Below, piece by piece: positions 58,680-64,000 of a DNA stretch of 64,000 nt; position 1 is the stretch's first letter; each line of letters starts with the position of its first letter. This DNA comes from a virus: the IMG/VR virus record IMGVR_UViG_3300032323_000716, positions 51,831-115,830 of that record. The stretch is one strand, 5' to 3'. The notes under the pieces are model-generated. The model saw nothing but the letters and a program-made list of their open reading frames with translations. It searched no databases and was not told where the DNA came from. Made by a program: the position numbers and the translations under genes.

Positions 58680-58955
58680 TTAAACAGTAATGCCCATTGC
58701 CTTGGCTTTGTAACCAAGAGCAACGATTTCACGGCTTGGCATGCCCAACTCATACTCAGTAACAGTAACGCCATTACCTGCTGTGCGAGTGTTGCTGTAA
58801 ACAGCATAACCGTTTTGACGGATGCGGCTTGCTTCAGCGGCCAAGTTCTTAACACCGAAACGCTTGCTGGCTTCTGCTTGTGTCAACTTGTCACCAGACT
58901 TGAGTGCTGTAAAAACCTTGAATGTCTTTGTTTCTTTAGAAAATGTATATTTCAT
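58680..58955 (-). CDS. small basic winged-HTH-like protein
   Basis: LT..EA..RFGV.NL.A..S.IR..GY pattern followed by beta-wing; RBS lacks GGAGCGA. Confidence 0.6.
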   Translation of the reverse strand: MKYTFSKETKTFKVFTALKSGDKLTQAEASKRFGVKNLAAEASRIRQNGYAVYSNTRTAGNGVTVTEYELGMPSREIVALGYKAKAMGITV

Positions 58956-59046
58956 TTGAATGTTTCCTTTAAATTTAAAGCTGATAAAATGTTATTCAGC
59001 GTCCGTTAATTATAGCAACCTTGCGATCTAAATGCAACCATCAAGA

Positions 59047-59238
59047 TTACCGTTTTACCTTGACACTGGGTCCAATCAAAGAACCCAGGATCAAAGCGGC
59101 TGCCCACGTCCAAAATGTGTAGGGGATAGCCAACACAGGGAACAGGGTGTTCAGGGCCCAAATAGTCAGCAACGGACCCAGAATGATGAGGAATAGGATT
59201 AGTGCCACTATCCCTAGAAATTTAACGACTGTGCCCAT
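59047..59238 (-). CDS. small membrane protein
   Basis: Highly hydrophobic, start ATG59238. Confidence 0.6.
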   Translation of the reverse strand: MGTVVKFLGIVALILFLIILGPLLTIWALNTLFPVLAIPYTFWTWAAALILGSLIGPSVKVKR

Positions 59239-60338
59239 TAGTAGGCTCCTTTCATAACAGTGACCTTGGCCATGTTCTGCCAATTAGCAGGGAAACTCTT
59301 ACGCAGATCTGCTACTTTCAGTACAGTACGCAATGACAGTTCACGCATAGTACCACGGTGATCATTGATGAATTTAACTACCTCGTCCTTGGCAATGTCT
59401 TCTAACTCGTATGAGTCCAACATGCCGTCCTTAACGATCTGCTGGATACGCAGGATCTTCTCGCGATCTGTGTCCATGCGCAGGTCGATATAATGACAGC
59501 GTGACTCTAAGGCACTCAGGTGATCCTGCAGTTTCTTAGAACGCACATTCTCAAACTTCAAGTTTGTGATAAAGATAGCACCACCCTTGAACTCAAACTT
59601 GTCCGGGATACCTTCGCTACGCAGGAGTCGCGAGTCCGTGTTCCACGAGATAGTACGCTTCTTAGAACTGTCCAAAGCGGCCTTAAGGATGTTAAGCGCA
59701 ATGTCGTCCAAAAGAATGCTGTCGCAGTCATCGAACACAAGGATGTTCTTAGCGTCTGAGAACTGATAGAGTTTTGAGTACAAGCCAATGGCACTCATAG
59801 CACCCTTGACGATCTCATAGCGTGGCTTACGCTCGCCCAAGGTGTTAAACAGGTCGTCTTTGGCAAGTACTTCTTCAACACCAAACGACTTACCCACACC
59901 TGGAGGGCCTGTGACGATCATAGCACGGACATCGCCTGCTTTCACAGCCTTGGTCATGTCCTTGAGGATCTCAAAGCGCATACGGGTACGCTCAATGATC
60001 TCTTCGTCAGTTTCGTGTGCTACAGCCTCGTCTGAGACTTTGATCTGTGTAAAGTCCGTGATCTCGGCACCCTTGACAGTTTTAGATTTCAGTGCAGTCA
60101 GCATGCTTACTCCTTGAGGGATGGGTTTAGCAGAACCCGCGACATTGTAAGCACCCTGCTCACAACGGATACGGATTGAACGATCTGGGAAACCGGGCTG
60201 GCTACCGCCCTCTACAGTGACATAGCCTTCGCCACCCTTAGAAACTTTGAAGTCTTCTACTAGTTTAAAGGTCATGCCTGCAACATTAGTAGGCTGGCCC
60301 TTAATGTTGTAATAGCCCTCTGTGAAAGTAATATACAT
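59238..60338 (-). CDS. AAA+ / P-loop ATPase
   Basis: GPPGVGKS, VFDDCD, FITN, SRC; start ATG60338 after AGGAGCGAAC. Confidence 0.8.
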   Translation of the reverse strand: MYITFTEGYYNIKGQPTNVAGMTFKLVEDFKVSKGGEGYVTVEGGSQPGFPDRSIRIRCEQGAYNVAGSAKPIPQGVSMLTALKSKTVKGAEITDFTQIKVSDEAVAHETDEEIIERTRMRFEILKDMTKAVKAGDVRAMIVTGPPGVGKSFGVEEVLAKDDLFNTLGERKPRYEIVKGAMSAIGLYSKLYQFSDAKNILVFDDCDSILLDDIALNILKAALDSSKKRTISWNTDSRLLRSEGIPDKFEFKGGAIFITNLKFENVRSKKLQDHLSALESRCHYIDLRMDTDREKILRIQQIVKDGMLDSYELEDIAKDEVVKFINDHRGTMRELSLRTVLKVADLRKSFPANWQNMAKVTVMKGAY

Positions 60339-60424
60339 CTGTTCGCTCCTGTGTATGTTCATCATTCTATTATTATAATGCCAATGCTCGCAATTGTCAA
60401 CCACTAACCCTATGCCCTGTAGGG

Positions 60425-60844
60425 TTATTCTTCTTCTGCTGTTAGGTGCTCAACGGTGTTTTGGGCTAGGGCATCGGACAGCAGTACCAAACCCCCTTTG
60501 ATCAAGCCGGGCACATCGTAGACGGCACCCACGTACCACTCCCCGTCCTTCATCACGTAGTAATACTCACCGTGACAGCCTTCAACCTGCTCGAGGAACT
60601 CTTCAAAGGTATGTGCCACTGAGTAGCCCACGTTCTCTTCGCCGCGATCTGTGTAGAAGTTCATTTCCTCTACAGTCTCTTTGACACCACTGTTGTCCCC
60701 ACGTGCAACTAGGGCATTGGCCTTCACTGAGTCATAGTGTTTGTGCAGCAATTCACCGGTGTATTCCAAATAGCCATCGTAGTGGCAGTAGACGCTTTTG
60801 CAGACTGTGCCATGCATGACACCCACTCGTGAACGTGTACCCAT
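60425..60844 (-). CDS. hypothetical protein
   Basis: MGTRS, YCHYDGY, EYYY motifs. Confidence 0.6.
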   Translation of the reverse strand: MGTRSRVGVMHGTVCKSVYCHYDGYLEYTGELLHKHYDSVKANALVARGDNSGVKETVEEMNFYTDRGEENVGYSVAHTFEEFLEQVEGCHGEYYYVMKDGEWYVGAVYDVPGLIKGGLVLLSDALAQNTVEHLTAEEE

Positions 60845-60899
60845 TTCGTCGCTCCTTTGTTAAACAATAAGTCTATTATACTGCCAAAATAAAGCCCTG

Positions 60900-61292
60900 T
60901 CAACCCCACTGGGCTTCGAAGGCTGCTTCCTGTTCCTGCAGCATAGCAGCAAGATCTACGCCAAACTTGGCACTCCAAGCCTTGAGGAACTTTTTGCCCA
61001 CATCGCAGGAAACGTAGTCGTCGCCCTGCATGCCCTGCTCGCTGTAGGAAACATCTGAGCCCTGCAGGCCGTGTGTGTCCAGGAACTGCCTAAGTTCGCT
61101 GATGAACTGTTTGTCCGTGTAGATCAGACCCTGCTTGTTAACATCCCACGAGTCTGTGTGGAAATAGACACGTAGTTCACCAAAGTCCAGTTCATCGCTG
61201 ATATAGCCCAGACGCATGTCTGTGATACGTACAGCCTGTTCTGTGTTAGACCAATAGCCGCCACCGCCTGTGTGCATGATAACTTCTGACAT
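60900..61292 (-). CDS. hypothetical protein
   Basis: GLIYTD, YSEQGMQG motifs. Confidence 0.6.
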   Translation of the reverse strand: MSEVIMHTGGGGYWSNTEQAVRITDMRLGYISDELDFGELRVYFHTDSWDVNKQGLIYTDKQFISELRQFLDTHGLQGSDVSYSEQGMQGDDYVSCDVGKKFLKAWSAKFGVDLAAMLQEQEAAFEAQWG

Positions 61293-61302
61293 TGCTTGCT
61301 CC

Positions 61303-61662
61303 TTAACTGCTTTTGATAGTCAACATTGTAAACTGTTTTGCCAAATAGGTCAACCGATCTTTGGCCTCTACCATGGCATCTAGTACTAGATCTTCGCCCA
61401 CGTCGCTGAGGCTGTCTTTGGCATCTTCATAGAGCATGCCCCCGCAGCAGGCTGAGCCCAACTCTACACCTTCTGCTATGACCCTAGCACGTAACACAAA
61501 CCAGTCTAGATCCCCACGATCGATCTTAGCGCACATGTCTGCGATGTCGTAGGCACTGTCGTCAAAACAGTCGTTGGGATGTACGTCTTCCCAGGTCTTG
61601 TCTAAGACCACTACGAACCCTTCCTGCTCGCGTTCTAACAGTGTGTCCCAGTGTCTTTGCAT
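61303..61662 (-). CDS. hypothetical protein
   Basis: AGGAGCGAACT RBS. Confidence 0.6.
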   Translation of the reverse strand: MQRHWDTLLEREQEGFVVVLDKTWEDVHPNDCFDDSAYDIADMCAKIDRGDLDWFVLRARVIAEGVELGSACCGGMLYEDAKDSLSDVGEDLVLDAMVEAKDRLTYLAKQFTMLTIKSS

Positions 61663-61714
61663 AGTTCGCTCCTATGTTGAATTAGCGAGGGCTCTCTCGT
61701 TGGCCCTCTCCACG

Positions 61715-61912
61715 TTACTGCTTAGGTGCAAACATCCGTCTGCCTGCTGCCATAAACATATTATACGCTACTCTGTCCTCTTTGTCAAGATCATCGTAGC
61801 AGAATTCCATGTCTTTTAAGCCCGCTAGGATGTCACCCCCAGTGTGCAGTTCAGCATAGTTCTGCACTAGTGTGCAGGCATCTCCTAGTTCCATGTACAA
61901 GGGTGTACCCAT
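61715..61912 (-). CDS. hypothetical protein
   Basis: 65-aa coupled ORF. Confidence 0.55.
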   Translation of the reverse strand: MGTPLYMELGDACTLVQNYAELHTGGDILAGLKDMEFCYDDLDKEDRVAYNMFMAAGRRMFAPKQ

Positions 61913-62229
61913 TATATGCCTCTCTTGTCAGTGTTGTAAAAAGGGTTCTGTTCGCGGATTAATTCACGCTCACGTGTGTGTGCAGCCTGCTTGCCGCGGA
62001 TGATCTCAAGCACACGAACATCAATGTCTTCTTTGCTCTCATAGCCGCGTAGCAGTTCGCACAGAGTCCAGGACTTGGTCTCACGTTGCGCACGATACCA
62101 GTGCTTGGCCATTCGGCTACGAACGCTCTTTAATACAGTAGTTTCAGTCTTGGCCGTAACGCCAATGTATACGCCCTCAGGACCCTGTATTTGGTATATG
62201 ATGTGATTGCGATCGTTTCGTTTCTTCAT
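61912..62229 (-). CDS. GIY-YIG nuclease domain protein
   Basis: IIY...YIGVT, R..H, E..LI, N motifs. Confidence 0.7.
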   Translation of the reverse strand: MKKRNDRNHIIYQIQGPEGVYIGVTAKTETTVLKSVRSRMAKHWYRAQRETKSWTLCELLRGYESKEDIDVRVLEIIRGKQAAHTRERELIREQNPFYNTDKRGI

Positions 62230-62371
62230 ATTAGTATTATACGATCACAGCACCAATCTGTCAACCAAACGGATCAAAACCCTAGTCAGAGTAGGGTTAT
62301 CCAAACTGTAGCCAAAATGCCACAGCCTAGGCACTCTCCTTCTGTGCCAGGTCAGTTAGTGCTTACTAACC

Positions 62372-62485
62372 CTATTTCGTGACCCAAAGAATGATCGCGA
62401 CCGCAGCAAGGAAGATCCCGAGAAAGATCCCACACTGCTGCAGAGTTGTGGTACGTGCCCAGATGCTAGTGTGTTGATCGTTCAT
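62372..62485 (-). CDS. small membrane peptide (37 aa)
   Basis: Manual translation MNDQHTSIWARTTTLQQCGIFLGIFLAAVAIILWVTK. Confidence 0.4.
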   Translation of the reverse strand: MNDQHTSIWARTTTLQQCGIFLGIFLAAVAIILWVTK

Positions 62486-62526
62486 TGCTGCTGTTTCCTT
62501 TCCCTGCTGCTGTTGTGCTGCTGTTA

Positions 62527-62601
62527 TGGCCCGGCGACTAGGAATCGAACCTAGATTGACGGCTTAGAAGGCCGCTGTATTATCCATTATACTATCGCCA
62601 G
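62527..62601 (-). tRNA. tRNA-Arg(TCT)
   Basis: Cloverleaf, acceptor CTGGCGA/TCGCCGG, anticodon loop CT-TCT-AA, GGTTCGATTCC, encoded CCA. Confidence 0.92.
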
Positions 62602-62605
62602 ATTC

Positions 62606-62683
<78 letters not shown>

Positions 62684-62689
62684 CAAATA

Positions 62690-63025
62690 TTACTGCTGCT
62701 GTTGCTGCTGCTGGTGTTCTAGTAGATCTTGTTCCACTTCCTCCGCCATGCGCTGCTGCATGTCATGTTGCTTGACCATCTTATATAATGGATCCAAACG
62801 TTTGACAAACACATTAGGCGCTGATTCTGCTGCACGATCCAGATCAAAGGTTCCGGGATAGTGACGCAGCAATGATCGTGCTTCTTCGCGAACTGCCTTG
62901 GGCACACGGGCATAATGCCCACCCGCTAGTCGCTGCAAAAACAGTTCAGTGTGCCTAACTGCACGGTATCTTTCATCTGGTAATGTCAACTCTCTGCTCC
63001 TAGATAACAGCCTTTTCTTCTGCAT
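62690..63025 (-). CDS. hypothetical protein with poly-Gln tail
   Basis: TLPDERYRA, RVPK.VR..A..LLRHYP motifs. Confidence 0.6.
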   Translation of the reverse strand: MQKKRLLSRSRELTLPDERYRAVRHTELFLQRLAGGHYARVPKAVREEARSLLRHYPGTFDLDRAAESAPNVFVKRLDPLYKMVKQHDMQQRMAEEVEQDLLEHQQQQQQQ

Positions 63026-63063
63026 GTGTGTATTATACTGTCAACTGCTAGTATAGTCAATAC

Positions 63064-63616
63064 CCTACAGCGGGGCCTTAGCCTTTTTTGGATAACTGCC
63101 ACAGAGTTCTTGTGGTGTGTCCCCTAGCACATAGATCAAAGTATTTGTGTGCTAGGCTGTGACTGGTAGTAGAGATCACCACATGCCCTCTGTGATCATA
63201 GACAGTATACATATAGACTGTGTTGCGCAACTCTGATCTTAGTGTAACATACAGTGACATCTATTATTTAAACTCATATCCTACAGCGGGGCCACCGTGT
63301 ATACACAGTTTTTACGGTCCAGGACGCTACTTCTAAGGTGGATTATGGTGGTTCTATGGTGGTGAAATGGTGGAATCCGAATCGTTTGAGCAGAGTCTAG
63401 ATAAATTTGTAGGCAAAAATTTTTCTCTAGAGTGGTGGCACGAGAGGCATAGTTCAAATACCACACAATTTCACACTTTTCTGCACTTTTCCACACCCTT
63501 TTGACCATCCCACCATGCATACAGGCCTCTATACGCATCTAAGGGATCAGTAAATCACACTTACTGAGTGTTTTTACACATATACGCACACATACACACT
63601 ATCCTGCAGCGGGGCC
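63064..63616. repeat. three copies of 14-bp CCT(A/G)CAGCGGGGCC
   Basis: 63064-63077, 63280-63293, 63603-63616. Confidence 0.8.
63078..63260 (-). CDS. hypothetical protein
   Basis: 60 aa, TAAATA-N4-ATG. Confidence 0.4.
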   Translation of the reverse strand: MSLYVTLRSELRNTVYMYTVYDHRGHVVISTTSHSLAHKYFDLCARGHTTRTLWQLSKKG

Positions 63617-63740
63617 TTGTACTGTACTGATCACTCAACTACACTTTTTACTATAAAGAATACTACTACTATGACTGTCACAGTCAATGCCCATGCTGTC
63701 ATTGCTGAGTTCCTTATTGCTCTAAGGTCATCATCTCTGA

Positions 63741-63992
63741 TCATTCTATGCTCTCTGTTTCTATAGTATCTTCTTGTATACAGTAAGTAGCATCTATAAC
63801 AGTACCATCCGTTAACTCACAGCGTTCTATTTCACAGTTATCTATATTAATTCTCTCGAGGCGAAGCCCGAAGCCCAATCGCGAGTTACGAGCACGTTGG
63901 GCGATTCTTGCGCCAGCAAGAGTCTTATAGTAACGCAATCGTTCTAGAGTATCTTTATGTGTAAGAAAGTATACTGTACGTACTTCTGCCAT
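63741..63992 (-). CDS. hypothetical protein
   Basis: 83-aa ORF, YKTLAGARIA motif. Confidence 0.55.
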   Translation of the reverse strand: MAEVRTVYFLTHKDTLERLRYYKTLAGARIAQRARNSRLGFGLRLERINIDNCEIERCELTDGTVIDATYCIQEDTIETESIE

Positions 63993-64000
63993 TGTGTTTA

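Noticed and set aside
52285-60404. N-terminal extensions in the ORF track (52374, 53864, 54178, 54548, 60404)
   Set aside because: They translate through promoter boxes; better starts follow the AGGAG RBS downstream.
50078-61819. Plus-strand ORFs in the early region (e.g. 50582, 54838, 56644, 57208, 58665, 59842)
   Set aside because: Antisense shadows of well-supported minus-strand genes, without their own promoters.
63281-63538. 85-aa ORF
   Set aside because: No RBS or promoter, low-complexity DNA and an unprotein-like sequence; treated as non-coding.

Overview
64 kb of a large, T4-related (jumbo-type) contractile-tailed phage genome in the standard genetic code. It has four blocks. (1) 1-13.5 kb: neck, tail sheath/tube, head completion and terminase genes. 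(2) 13.6-16.6 kb and 29.7-42.9 kb: replication/recombination (gp32 SSB, UvsX, UvsY, UvsW, clamp-loader subunit, a 192-aa mini-DnaE, primase, DnaB-like helicase). (3) 16.6-29.7 kb: a 13-kb glycan-biosynthesis island. (4) 48-64 kb: a minus-strand early region of small genes, 19 near-consensus sigma70 promoters, palindromic operators and two tRNAs. The strongest candidate for a new system is in the early region. About 14 genes share an extended ribosome-binding site, AGGAG(AG)CGA. Two hairpin+terminator elements in the 3'UTRs of small basic-protein genes (50585-50618 and 58630-58668) display the exact antisense of that site in their loops, suggesting a multi-target anti-RBS sRNA switch. Many late genes appear leaderless (TAAATA-N4-7-ATG) and would be immune to it. 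All product calls come from motif recognition by eye; no database searches were run.
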